DNA from: Candidatus Poribacteria bacterium
GTDB lineage: Bacteria; Poribacteria; WGA-4E; WGA-3G
Length of the DNA stretch: 64,000 nt
Direction of reading: 5' to 3'
Assembly (NCBI GenBank): GCA_963663765.2
Contig: CAXXUA010000011.1
Coordinates: 1-64,000 of the forward strand
Part shown: positions 39,322 through 49,340 of the stretch, in pieces
Position numbering within the stretch: position 1 is the first letter of the stretch
Layout: every line of letters starts with the position of its first letter
Position numbers and translations under genes: made by a program
Notes under the pieces: model-generated
The model's input: only the letters and a program-made list of their open reading frames with translations
Databases searched by the model: none
Told to the model about the DNA's origin: nothing

Positions 39322-40536
39322 TTGAACGCTACAGAGCAACCTTATGTGTCCATAGTTGTACCAGTCTACAACGAGGAGGAGAATGTCCGCCCGCTCTATG
39401 AGAAAATACGGGATGTTTGTGATAGTATTGGAAAGACCTACGAAGTGCTGTTTGTTGATGATGGGAGTCAAGATAAGACTTTTGAAGTCCTTACAGAAAT
39501 GCGAGAGACATCCACCAATTTGTCTGTAATACGTTTTCAAGAGAACGCTGGACAGACAGCTGCGATGGCAGCAGGATTTAAGTTTTCGCGTGGTGAACGG
39601 ATTATTAGTATGGATGGTGATTTACAGAATGACCCTGCTGATATCCCTCATTTACTTGACAAACTTGAGGAAGATTACGATTTGGTATGTGGTTGGCGGA
39701 AAGAACGTCAAGATAAGTTTTGGTCGCGTCGTGTGCCTTCAGTCGTAGCAAATTGGATAATTGGTAAGGTGACAGGCGTTACAATCCATGATAACGGTTG
39801 TTCATTAAAAGCCTATCGTTCAGAAGTAATCAAGCAGGTTCCGCTTTATGGTGAGATGCATCGGTTTATTCCTGCGATGACGACTGTGGTCGGTGCACGT
39901 ATTGCAGAAATTGTTGTCCAACATCACCCACGTATTTTTGGTACAAGTAAATATGGTCTTGGTAGAATTTGGCGAGTCATCCTTGATATCCTTGCATTTA
40001 AACTGATACTGACAATTTTTGCAAGCAGATCGAATTCGGATAGTATCACTTCTACAGATCAGACATATCGCAACAGAATGAATCCAAAGTTAAATGTTTA
40101 CCGCATTACTGCTTTTTCAAGTCTTCTTTTTATTCTCATAGGTTCACTTTTGATCAATGTTTCAAGCATTGCTGCATTGAGTTGTATTGGTTTAGGTATA
40201 TCGTTCATTTTCATTGGTTTGATGACTGGTTTCACACTTACTATAGCGCAGCGGGATACTGTGGAATTAAGTGCGCTTGCGCGATTTTTTGTTTTTCGTT
40301 GTGCAAAAAGACCTGTACGTTGTTTTGGTCCCTTTGGTGCCTTACTATTAATTATTGGATTTATTCTGATATTCGGTTTTTTGGATATTGGTATTATCCT
40401 CATGTGTTTAGGGACTCTGATATTCTATTTTGGTCTATTTGGGGAAACGATTGTGTATGCTAATGCGAAGCGGGTAATAGATTATAAAGTAGAGATTTTT
40501 TTGGATGCGAAAAGAGATGTCAAACGTGTTGAATAA
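39322..40536 (+). CDS. GT2 glycosyltransferase (ArnC/DPM-synthase-like) with C-terminal TM helices
   Basis: VVPVYNEE, VDDGS.D, DGDLQNDP, GEMHRFIP. Confidence 0.9.
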   Translation: MNATEQPYVSIVVPVYNEEENVRPLYEKIRDVCDSIGKTYEVLFVDDGSQDKTFEVLTEMRETSTNLSVIRFQENAGQTAAMAAGFKFSRGERIISMDGDLQNDPADIPHLLDKLEEDYDLVCGWRKERQDKFWSRRVPSVVANWIIGKVTGVTIHDNGCSLKAYRSEVIKQVPLYGEMHRFIPAMTTVVGARIAEIVVQHHPRIFGTSKYGLGRIWRVILDILAFKLILTIFASRSNSDSITSTDQTYRNRMNPKLNVYRITAFSSLLFILIGSLLINVSSIAALSCIGLGISFIFIGLMTGFTLTIAQRDTVELSALARFFVFRCAKRPVRCFGPFGALLLIIGFILIFGFLDIGIILMCLGTLIFYFGLFGETIVYANAKRVIDYKVEIFLDAKRDVKRVE

Positions 40537-41665
40537 CAATATTGAAAACTGGCGAACCGAGTTTCCAGTTACAGAATCTTTCATTTATATGAACCACGCA
40601 GGAGTTGCCCCGTTGTCTAATAGAGTTAGGGATGCGATGGTTGCATTTGTAAATGATGCTACTGTCAACGGCGCAGTTCATGTGGACACTTGGGTGGAGA
40701 TGGCTGAGTTGTGTCGTTCTAATGCGGCGCAACTTATCAACGCAGATGCAACAGAGGTTGCGTTTATGAAAAACACTACACAGGGGATTCTCATCGCTGC
40801 GAATGGAATAGATTGGAACGAAGGTGATAATGTAGTAACAACCTCGGTGGAGTTTCCAGCAAATGTATATCCATGGTGGAGTTTGAAGGCACGGTATGGT
40901 GTTGAAACTCGGATGGTACCTGAACGAGAAGGTCTTATCCTAATTGAGGATCTTGCTGCTGCTATAGACGAAAAAACACGAGTTGTTACAATTAGTCATG
41001 TAGAATTTGCATCCGGTTTCAGAAATAACATCAAGGAAATAGGTAAGATATGTCGTGAGCGAGATATCTGGTTTGTCGTAGATGCTATTCAGAGTCTCGG
41101 TGCTATTGAAGTGGATGTAAAATCAAGTTATGTTGACATACTTGCAGCAGATGGGCATAAGTGGTTGTTGGCGCCAGAAGGTGCAGCGATTTTCTATTGT
41201 GATAAAGAGAAACTGGAGCGATTGATTAATACCAATATCGGTTGGGCAAGTGTTGTGAATCCGCGTGATTTTCTGAACTACGATCTTACACAAAAACCTG
41301 ATGCAACACGTTTTGAAGAAGGTTCATACAACAGTGTCGGGTTGTATGGACTAAATGCAGCGATTAGTTTATTGATTGAAGTTGGTATATCACAAATTGA
41401 GACACAAATCCTTCATCTTACATCACAATTAATTGATGGGTTGTTGTCAAAAGGTTATCAGGTGAATACACCACTTGAACATTCTGAACGCGCAGGGATT
41501 GTGGTATTTGAAAGTAATCAGTACACACCGGTAGAACTATTTGAGATGTTGCACAAACATAATATTATTACTGCAGAACGTGGAAGTGGCGTTAGAGTAT
41601 CGCCGCATTTTTATAACGCTGAATCAGAAATAGCTCAACTCTTGGATGTCTTACCTGCCACATAA
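40517..41665 (+). CDS. Class V aminotransferase
   Basis: YMNHAG, VDAIQ, DGHKWLL, RVSPHFYN. Confidence 0.9.
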   Translation: MSNVLNNNIENWRTEFPVTESFIYMNHAGVAPLSNRVRDAMVAFVNDATVNGAVHVDTWVEMAELCRSNAAQLINADATEVAFMKNTTQGILIAANGIDWNEGDNVVTTSVEFPANVYPWWSLKARYGVETRMVPEREGLILIEDLAAAIDEKTRVVTISHVEFASGFRNNIKEIGKICRERDIWFVVDAIQSLGAIEVDVKSSYVDILAADGHKWLLAPEGAAIFYCDKEKLERLINTNIGWASVVNPRDFLNYDLTQKPDATRFEEGSYNSVGLYGLNAAISLLIEVGISQIETQILHLTSQLIDGLLSKGYQVNTPLEHSERAGIVVFESNQYTPVELFEMLHKHNIITAERGSGVRVSPHFYNAESEIAQLLDVLPAT

Positions 41666-41699
41666 AAGATGTCAATACATAGTTTAACGACTTGCGCTA

Positions 41700-42677
41700 G
41701 TGTTGAGTCAACATACTATTGTAGGTTGAGATTAGGAGATTGGTCCTATAGAAGTCTTGTGTATTGTTTGTATTGTAGGAGGGAACTCCGATTCCCGACT
41801 TCTTTTTAGACCCATCAATAAACACGTGACTAAGCACTGTTGTTGAGTCAACATACTCTTGTAGGTCGAGATTCGGAGATCGCTCCTACAGAAGTCTTGT
41901 GTATTGTTTGTATTGTAGGAGGGAACTCCGATTCCCGACTTCTTTTTAGACCCATCAATAAACACGTGACTAAGCACTGTTGTTGAGTCAACATACTCTT
42001 GTAGGTCGAGATTCGGAGATCGCTCCTACAGAAGTCTTGTGTATTGTTTGTATTGTAGGAGGGAACTCCGATTCCCGATTACTTTTTAGACCCATCAATA
42101 AACACGTGACTAAGCACTGTTGTTGAGTCAACATACTCTTGTAGGTCGAGATTCGGAGATCGCTCCTACAGAAGTCTTGTGTATTGTTTGTATTGTAGGA
42201 GGGAACTCCGATTCCCGACTTCTTTTTAGACCCATCAATAAACACGTGACTAAGCACTGTTGTTGAGTCAACATACTCTTGTAGGTCGAGATTCGGAGAT
42301 CGCTCCTACAGAAGTCTTGTGTATTGTTTGTATTGTAGGAGGGAACTCCGATTCCCGACTACATTTTAGACCCATCAATAAACACGTGACTAAGCACTGT
42401 TGTTGAGTCAACATACTCTTGTAGGTCGAGATTCGGAGATCGCTCCTACAGAAGTCTTGTGTATTGTTTGTATTGTAGGAGGGAACTCCGATTCCCGACT
42501 ACATTTTAGACCCATCAATAAACACGTGACTAAGCACTGTTGTTGAGTCAACATACTCTTGTAGGTCGAGATTCGGAGATCGCTCCTACAGAAGTCTTGT
42601 GTATTGTTTGTATTGTAGGAGGGAACTCCGATTCCCGACTTCTTTTTAGACCCATCAATAAACACGTGACTAAGCAC
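41700..42677. repeat. Seven head-to-tail copies (140-bp period) of a REP-containing MITE flanked by CTAG
   Basis: tgttgagtca recurs at 41701, 41841, 41981, 42121, 42261, 42401 and 42541; CTAG at 41697 and 42677. Confidence 0.95.
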
Positions 42678-43079
42678 TAGTTAACTTGTTGTATTCACAA
42701 GTTTTGGGCTTTGTATTATAAACATATCGTCCCTAATGTAGATTAATAAATAAATTAGGTAATTTGATCTAACCCACAGCTGTAGCCGTGCTTTGTAAAC
42801 CCGCCTACAGGGTTTGGTGAAAATTAGAATTATAGTGAAATATACAATTAAGTTTACACTTTTTCTGTAGGAGCGATCTCCGAATCGCGACTGAACGTCT
42901 TGATAGTCGGGAATCGGAGTTCCCTCCTACACCTGAAAGTGTAATAATAATTCTAAAATCTACTATAAGTAAAATCGGGCATTGTCCGCTCAAAGAGATG
43001 TCACGTGATAATGATTCTTGGTTATCGTTAGAAAATGAACGTCTCTATGGAAATTAAACGACATAGACAATTAACTTAG

Positions 43080-43237
43080 CAGGACTTACGCAAAAACGGT
43101 AGGCGGTGAATGCCTAAATGGCATTCATACCGTTGATTTGGTGCTTTGTAAGCGCGCTGGTAACCCATAAAAATGTTGATAATTACATCATTTTCATCTT
43201 ATTTCTTGATTAAATCAAGAAAACTGCGTAAGTCCTG
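43080..43237. mobile_element. MITE, TIR CAGGACTTACGCA, 5-bp TSD CTTAG
   Basis: CTTAG at 43075-43079 and 43238-43242; perfect 13-bp TIR. Confidence 0.88.
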
Positions 43238-43276
43238 CTTAGACTATAAGGTGTAATCATAAAGTGAGAGAAAACT

Positions 43277-44083
43277 ATGCCAAATCCGACAACAAATGCT
43301 GACAATTTACCTCCGATTCCCCTCACAGAGGAACAACGGTTTCTTTTTGATACCCGTGGTTGGCTTCTGTTTCCAGGTATATTGAGAGAATCGGAAATCA
43401 AAGAGATGCGTGATTTCTGTTATCAACTAAAACATGATTCACAATCAATTCCTGAACATCATCGTTCATCAGTTGGTGGTCCATTAGAATCGCTTACTGA
43501 CCATCCAGTTGTACTCGGATATATGAACGAGTTCTTGACTTCTGGATATGCTAACGACAACTGTTACGGTTTTCGATTAGAAGGTACATTCCTTACTATT
43601 CGCGGGAACGGACATGACAATTTTCGGCCGCATGGTGGGAGAGGAATGTTAAATTTTCCTGGTAACTCGCACACATATCATCTACATCACGACAGAGCGC
43701 ACAGTGGTTTGACACGTGTTGTGTGGGAACTCAATCCTGTGAAAAAAGGTGGTGGTGGCACGATGTTCCTGACAGGCAGCCACAAAGGTGCTTTTCCTGC
43801 ACCAAAGTCAACTGCAGACCGAAATTCACATTTGTGGGAGGACTATAGTTGTCCCGCTGGTTCTATGCTGGTTTTCACTGAGGCAATTACCCATACGGGT
43901 GCAAGATGGACAGATGAAGAAAATGACCGTGTGTCTATCTTTAACTGCTATAACACAGTTGGCAACAAATGGCACAGATGGGAACCGCACCCAAAACATG
44001 TTGAAGAGATGCCGTTTAAACGAAAGACACTTTTCCGTCCTGTTTATTGTCAGGACAATGTGCCGAATTTAGATGCAGTTTAG
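43277..44083 (+). CDS. Phytanoyl-CoA dioxygenase (PhyH) family protein
   Basis: EEQRFLFDTRGWL, GGT.F..GSHK, AGSMLVFTEAITH. Confidence 0.85.
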   Translation: MPNPTTNADNLPPIPLTEEQRFLFDTRGWLLFPGILRESEIKEMRDFCYQLKHDSQSIPEHHRSSVGGPLESLTDHPVVLGYMNEFLTSGYANDNCYGFRLEGTFLTIRGNGHDNFRPHGGRGMLNFPGNSHTYHLHHDRAHSGLTRVVWELNPVKKGGGGTMFLTGSHKGAFPAPKSTADRNSHLWEDYSCPAGSMLVFTEAITHTGARWTDEENDRVSIFNCYNTVGNKWHRWEPHPKHVEEMPFKRKTLFRPVYCQDNVPNLDAV

Positions 44084-44085
44084 TA

Positions 44086-44317
44086 TATAACGAGTTGTGC
44101 TAAATAACTATATGTTAATCATTGTTTCACATAAGCATGACGTTTTGCAGGTGTCCTTCATAGTTTGAAACGATCTTCAGTCCCGTAGGTACGATATGTT
44201 TATAGAAAAACGTCATAGTACATCCTCTTTAGTACCGTAGGGACGATATGTGTGCATGATAAACCTAATATATGTAAAAACTTTGAAAACAATGGGTTAA
44301 CGGCACAAGTCGTTATA
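44086..44317. repeat. MITE-like element with 15-bp inverted ends and gtcccgtagggac-type REPs
   Basis: tataacgagttgtgc and gcacaagtcgttata, one mismatch. Confidence 0.6.
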
Positions 44318-44357
44318 CAGTACTATCATGATTTTTTTGTAATGAGGATTTGATTCT

Positions 44358-45491
44358 ATGAAAATTACAAATGTCAATTCGTTTGTTTCATCATCAGGAC
44401 ATTTTTTTGTAAAAGTAGAAACAGATGCTGGTATATACGGAGTCGGTGAAGGCGGGTTGAGGCGGCGTGGCACCGCCTTAGCAGAAGTTGTGCAATCTTT
44501 TGAACCTACCCTCATCGGGGCTGATCCATTTCAGACTGAGCATCTGTGGCAAGTCATGTTTCGAGGAGGTTTTTTCCCTGGCGGTGTTGTTCAATCTGCT
44601 GCTCTTAGTGCAGTTGATATTGCCCTATGGGACATCAAAGGAAAAGCGCTGAACATTCCTGTCTACGAACTTTTAGGTGGACGTACGCGGGACAAGGTTG
44701 TTTGTTATCCACACAATGGCGGTGGTTCTACTGAAGCCCTCGTTGAAAGTTGCCGTAAAACGTATGAAGCTGGATGGAGATTTGCACGATGGGGTTTGGC
44801 AGATGGTGCAGGTACTGGTACATTTGAACCGAAACGTGCTATTAAGTACGGTATTCAGCAGGTTGAAGCAGTGCGAAACGCATTAGGTGATGAGATAAAC
44901 ATTCTTGTTGATGTACATACACGTCTTGACCCCGCAGACAGTCTTGAGTTTTGCAAAAAAGTTGAACCCTACAATCCGTTTTTTATTGAAGATCCGCTCC
45001 GTAGCGAAAATCCTGCAAGTCTCAGAAGGTTACGTCAACAGACATCTGTACCAATTGCTGTTGGTGAACAATTTGATAGTAAATGGAGTTTCCGTGAAGT
45101 GATTGAAGAAGACTTATTGGATTATTGCCGCGTTGACCTATGTATTGCCGGTGGATTGACTGAAGCACGCAAGATTGCGGGTTGGTGCGAAACACATTAC
45201 ATCTATCTTGCACCTCATAACCCACTTGGTCCGGTATCCACCGCAGCGTGTTTGCATCTCTGTTTAGCATCATCGCTTGTTGGTGTACAAGAACTGCCGC
45301 GCGCACCGATGTCTTCACTTACAGATGTTTTTCCAGTTCAAGTACCATTTGAATCAGGTTATCTCTTACCCCCAAAATCTCCTGGTCTCGGTATTGAATT
45401 CAACGAGGAAGCACTTTTTAACGTAACAAAACCTGAGTTTTCACCGCCTGTTGGTTATGAACGTGATGATGGTTCTTATACGAATTGGTAA
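44358..45491 (+). CDS. Mandelate racemase/enolase-superfamily acid-sugar dehydratase (DgoD-like)
   Basis: SAVDIALWDIKGK, VDVH, FIEDP, AVGE, APHN. Confidence 0.9.
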   Translation: MKITNVNSFVSSSGHFFVKVETDAGIYGVGEGGLRRRGTALAEVVQSFEPTLIGADPFQTEHLWQVMFRGGFFPGGVVQSAALSAVDIALWDIKGKALNIPVYELLGGRTRDKVVCYPHNGGGSTEALVESCRKTYEAGWRFARWGLADGAGTGTFEPKRAIKYGIQQVEAVRNALGDEINILVDVHTRLDPADSLEFCKKVEPYNPFFIEDPLRSENPASLRRLRQQTSVPIAVGEQFDSKWSFREVIEEDLLDYCRVDLCIAGGLTEARKIAGWCETHYIYLAPHNPLGPVSTAACLHLCLASSLVGVQELPRAPMSSLTDVFPVQVPFESGYLLPPKSPGLGIEFNEEALFNVTKPEFSPPVGYERDDGSYTNW

Positions 45492-45841
45492 AGAATTTAA
45501 AATGTGCTGAAATTTCTCACGATGTTTTTTCAATTACTTCTCTACTCAAATCAGGGTTATTCAGTTTTAGATATGTTAGCTGAAACCTGAGAAAATCGTG
45601 ACCAGCAAATCAAGAAATCAACGGTATGAATGCCTTTTGGAATTCCCCGGTAGAGGCATTCTATTGTCTCAATACATCTATGTAGGAGGGTATGTAACCC
45701 CGATTTGTTATGCGATTACTCTGAAATCGAGGAATCATACCCCTCCCACAATAGTCCATTTCGGACAATTGAATACCTCTGTATTCCACGGGGACCCGCC
45801 CCTACGATTTAGGTTAATTTGGTATAAGTCCTGTTAGTATA

Positions 45842-45902
45842 TTTTTTTAAACCTTTTAACCAAAAACCCTTCTCTATATAATAAAACTGGCTCAGGAATT
45901 TG
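45842..45902 (+). promoter_or_regulatory. Conserved leader shared with 51987-52046; candidate ECF autoregulatory promoter plus RBS
   Basis: ~60 bp nearly identical upstream of both paralogs: AAACC...CTCTAT...AGGA. Confidence 0.5.
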
Positions 45903-45905
45903 ATT

Positions 45906-48608
45906 ATGCACAACGATTTTCTTGTTTTCAGTGACCTAACAGATGCAGAATTAATTCGGCTTGTTCAAAATAAGAATGAGAAAGCTTTTGCAGAACTCAT
46001 GTCCCGTTGGACACCATGGATTAGGGGTGTCATTGTAACGAATTCACGACAACGTCGAGACGTTGAAGAGATTCACACTGACATCTGGGTGGCAGTGTGG
46101 CAAAACATCAGAGAACTCAGAAAAATAGATAGTTTCAGTGCTTGGTTGCATCGTATTGCCTACAACGCTTGCAAGCGATACTACACATTAGCACGGCAAT
46201 CCCGGACTGAAATACCACATCAAGAGTCTGTGATAATTGAAAACATTGACCAATATGCTGCAGCGCGGTATAGAGAAGCACAATTGATTACTGATGTAAA
46301 AGAAGTTATACATTACCTTCCAGAGAAGGTGCGTTCTGTAGCGGAATTATTTTATTTAGAATCGTGGAGTATCAAAGAAATCTCTGAGGAGTTTAATCTT
46401 GCTATTGGTACAGTTAAAACAAAATTAAGAGAGATTCGAAAACTCCTGCGTGCGGAATTTGATGCAGAACCGATAAGAGGAGCAGTAATGCATACAAAAT
46501 ATGTTGAATCACATAGTCCGATTCAGATTGAGACTGATAAGGTAGAACCAAGTCGAATACCTGCAGTGTTTAATGTTGTTTCAAGCGATTCAACAGGTAA
46601 TACCTGGGCACTACCAGAGGGCGCAATTGTGAGGTTTGGTAAAGGAAACATGGGGGATGTTAAGCTATTACCAAATAGCAATTATTTTGCTGTGGGAACA
46701 ACGATTGGAATATGGTGGTATGATGTTTCTTCTATGTTGCCTATTTCGTTGTGGAAACCCTATATAGGTAATATTAGTTCCTTTGATTTCTCTCATGATG
46801 GTAAGTGGATTATCATTGACACGTTAGACGATATTATTATGGTATTGGATGTGCAGAGTGGTGAGAGAGTCATGCAAATTAAGGATCAAGACGGTTTTGG
46901 GGGTATTGCATGCTCAACAAATGGAAAATGGGTTGCAACAGCTGGTGGGGATGGTGTTATAAAGGTTTTGGATGTTCATGAAGGAAAATGTATCGCGCAA
47001 ATGGATCGCGGAAAGCACGAATGGAAATCAAATGATGTTAGGCAACTTGAGTTTTCACCAGATGGAGAATTACTTGCTGCTACAGTAGACAACCCAGAAT
47101 GTTTTTCAGATGATGAACAACTCCTGAATCCTGATGCAGAAGGAACACAGACTTATGTGTGGAAACCTGAAACTGGAGAACCGATCATCAAATTCGCTGG
47201 TAGAGACTATATGTTTTCTTCAGATAGTCATTTGTTAGCGGCAGCATCAATGGATGAGAGCAGGTTAGATGAAAAACGCGTTGACCGGAGTGTTTCGGTG
47301 TGGGATGTAACAACCCGTGAACGCATAGCACACTTTACTGGTCATGACGATTGGATAGATGCTGTTACCATTTCACCTTGTAACCAATTTGTTGCATCCA
47401 GTTCAAGGGATGGCACATTACGGGTCTGGAATCTTGAAAATGAATCACAGATAATGGAATATCCAAACTTTGAATATCCATTCTACACAAGAGATGGTAA
47501 GTTATTTTCATTCATCTATGTTTACTCTTCCAAAATGATTGAGGTCTGGGATGTAGAAAAAAGAGAACAAATGCTGGAGATAGAAGTTGGAATTGGTGGT
47601 TATGATTTCGCTAAATCCTTAGCCATTACAAAGGTTATTGATTTATTAAATGAGCATGAAAAATCACCATCAACCATATCATCTGGTAGTAAGCTTCCAC
47701 AATATAAAATACAAAGTGAACCTGATTTTCCGAATCCCAGTCCATTGATAAATTGGGTTGATGACCAGACACTTACATGTAGCAGAATGGGTTATAGCAT
47801 TCAACTATGGGATGTTAAACAAAAGTGTCAAAGTAATAGATTATTAGCTGATAAATGGATATATCATTACACGATTCTAAATTCTGGAAATATACTTGCC
47901 TTAGAAATAGATGGTAATGCAACGGTGTGGGATAGTAACAAAACCCAAAAATCTGTCATAAGGTTTTCATTGCCATCTGATTGGACCAGTGAAAAGATAT
48001 TTGACCCAAACGGGAATTATCTTGCAGCTGGAAGAAAAGATGGTAATATATATGTGTGGAATCTCAAACAATCTTCCCAGTCTATTTTATCGACAGGACA
48101 TTCAGACGAAATCAACTCATTAGCATTTTCTGCTGATGGATGTAGATTAGTGAGTAGTGCATGTGATAAATCGGTGAGGGTATTTGATCTGCTGTTAGGT
48201 GAGGAGATTGCAATTTTACCTATGAACACTCCATGTTCACCTTTAGCATTAGCGTATTCTCCGTGTGGTAAATTGATTGCTGGAGAATTGGATCAGGAAA
48301 TCCGTTTGTGGTGTGCTAAGGAATTCACAACGAAACTCACAATAACCCAAGGTAAAGTTTACCGACGTACATTTCCACTCGTATTTTCACCTTGTGGAAA
48401 GTATCTCGCAGGAGCAACTTGGTGGCAGGCGGGTAGGGAGAATCTGACAATTCGGATATGGGAAGTTTCTACAGGTGAACAAATTCATTCATTGCAGGGA
48501 CATAATTCATTTGTGCGATCGCTTGCCTTTTCACCGAATGGCTCAATGTTAGCGAGTGGTTGTTCCAATGGCACAATCTTGGTGTGGGATCTGAATCCTT
48601 ATCTATAG
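45906..48608 (+). CDS. ECF sigma factor fused to WD40 repeat domains
   Basis: TDAELI...AFAEL, FSAWLHRIAYN, SIKEISE...GTVKTKL; then WALPEGAIVRFGKG and GH..WD repeats. Confidence 0.9.
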   Translation: MHNDFLVFSDLTDAELIRLVQNKNEKAFAELMSRWTPWIRGVIVTNSRQRRDVEEIHTDIWVAVWQNIRELRKIDSFSAWLHRIAYNACKRYYTLARQSRTEIPHQESVIIENIDQYAAARYREAQLITDVKEVIHYLPEKVRSVAELFYLESWSIKEISEEFNLAIGTVKTKLREIRKLLRAEFDAEPIRGAVMHTKYVESHSPIQIETDKVEPSRIPAVFNVVSSDSTGNTWALPEGAIVRFGKGNMGDVKLLPNSNYFAVGTTIGIWWYDVSSMLPISLWKPYIGNISSFDFSHDGKWIIIDTLDDIIMVLDVQSGERVMQIKDQDGFGGIACSTNGKWVATAGGDGVIKVLDVHEGKCIAQMDRGKHEWKSNDVRQLEFSPDGELLAATVDNPECFSDDEQLLNPDAEGTQTYVWKPETGEPIIKFAGRDYMFSSDSHLLAAASMDESRLDEKRVDRSVSVWDVTTRERIAHFTGHDDWIDAVTISPCNQFVASSSRDGTLRVWNLENESQIMEYPNFEYPFYTRDGKLFSFIYVYSSKMIEVWDVEKREQMLEIEVGIGGYDFAKSLAITKVIDLLNEHEKSPSTISSGSKLPQYKIQSEPDFPNPSPLINWVDDQTLTCSRMGYSIQLWDVKQKCQSNRLLADKWIYHYTILNSGNILALEIDGNATVWDSNKTQKSVIRFSLPSDWTSEKIFDPNGNYLAAGRKDGNIYVWNLKQSSQSILSTGHSDEINSLAFSADGCRLVSSACDKSVRVFDLLLGEEIAILPMNTPCSPLALAYSPCGKLIAGELDQEIRLWCAKEFTTKLTITQGKVYRRTFPLVFSPCGKYLAGATWWQAGRENLTIRIWEVSTGEQIHSLQGHNSFVRSLAFSPNGSMLASGCSNGTILVWDLNPYL

Positions 48609-49066
48609 GATATATGGAGTTTTTTGATAAAAATTAGACAATCACTCAATCGGGGTTGGAAATCCCTCCAACAATAGGTTCGTCTGTAGTATTGATGCCT
48701 ATGAGTTTAGGAAATACCTGCTATAAACTCATCAACTCAGAAGAATAGGTCAACATATTCCGGTATTCGCTATAAACGTGTTCTTATGCCAAATTAATCT
48801 GATTTGTATTGATTTTAATGTGTAGAACACGGGCGGGGACCAAATCAAGTAATCAACGGTATGAATACCTTATGGTATTCCCGGGGTATGAATCATGGAA
48901 CATGCCACACGTGCATACTTCTTCAGGCATTCCTCGCCTAACGTTGAGTGCATAAGACCTGTATAATATGTATTGTTAAGAAATAATAATTAAACCTGAT
49001 CCTACCTTGTTCAATTCCTAATCTATGTGTTTACCGTGTTTCAGAAATCGCGTATATCTATTAGAA

Positions 49067-49244
49067 TAACCTAAGTTGCTACCAATGTAGCACAATCTGT
49101 TAGATTGTGCTACAATAACTTGTGAAAAGGACATCAGAGAACACAAACTGACAGTTTGTGCTACAATAACTTGTGAAAAGGACATTATCCTAAGAATAAA
49201 CGGAATCTGCAGGTCTATAATCCTATTGGTAGCAACTTGCGTTA
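49067..49244. repeat. MITE-like element with ~20-bp inverted ends and gcaca..tgtgctac REPs
   Basis: taacctaagttgctaccaat and attggtagcaacttgcgtta. Confidence 0.6.
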
Positions 49245-49290
49245 GAATAGTTGGATTACTTTACATACATATTCAAATTATGTCCTCAAT

Positions 49291-49318
49291 GCAACCTTCA
49301 ATAATAGTAAACGCGTCA
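49291..49318 (+). promoter_or_regulatory. ECF-type promoter GCAACC-N17-CGTC
   Basis: Same motif and spacing at 63300-63327; fits the AAC/CGT ECF consensus. Confidence 0.65.
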
Positions 49319-49340
49319 TGTTTAATTGGAACAACTATTC

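Noticed and set aside
41732-42677. Repeated 81-89 aa ORFs, or a CRISPR array
   Set aside because: Products of the 140-bp tandem unit; there are no unique spacers.
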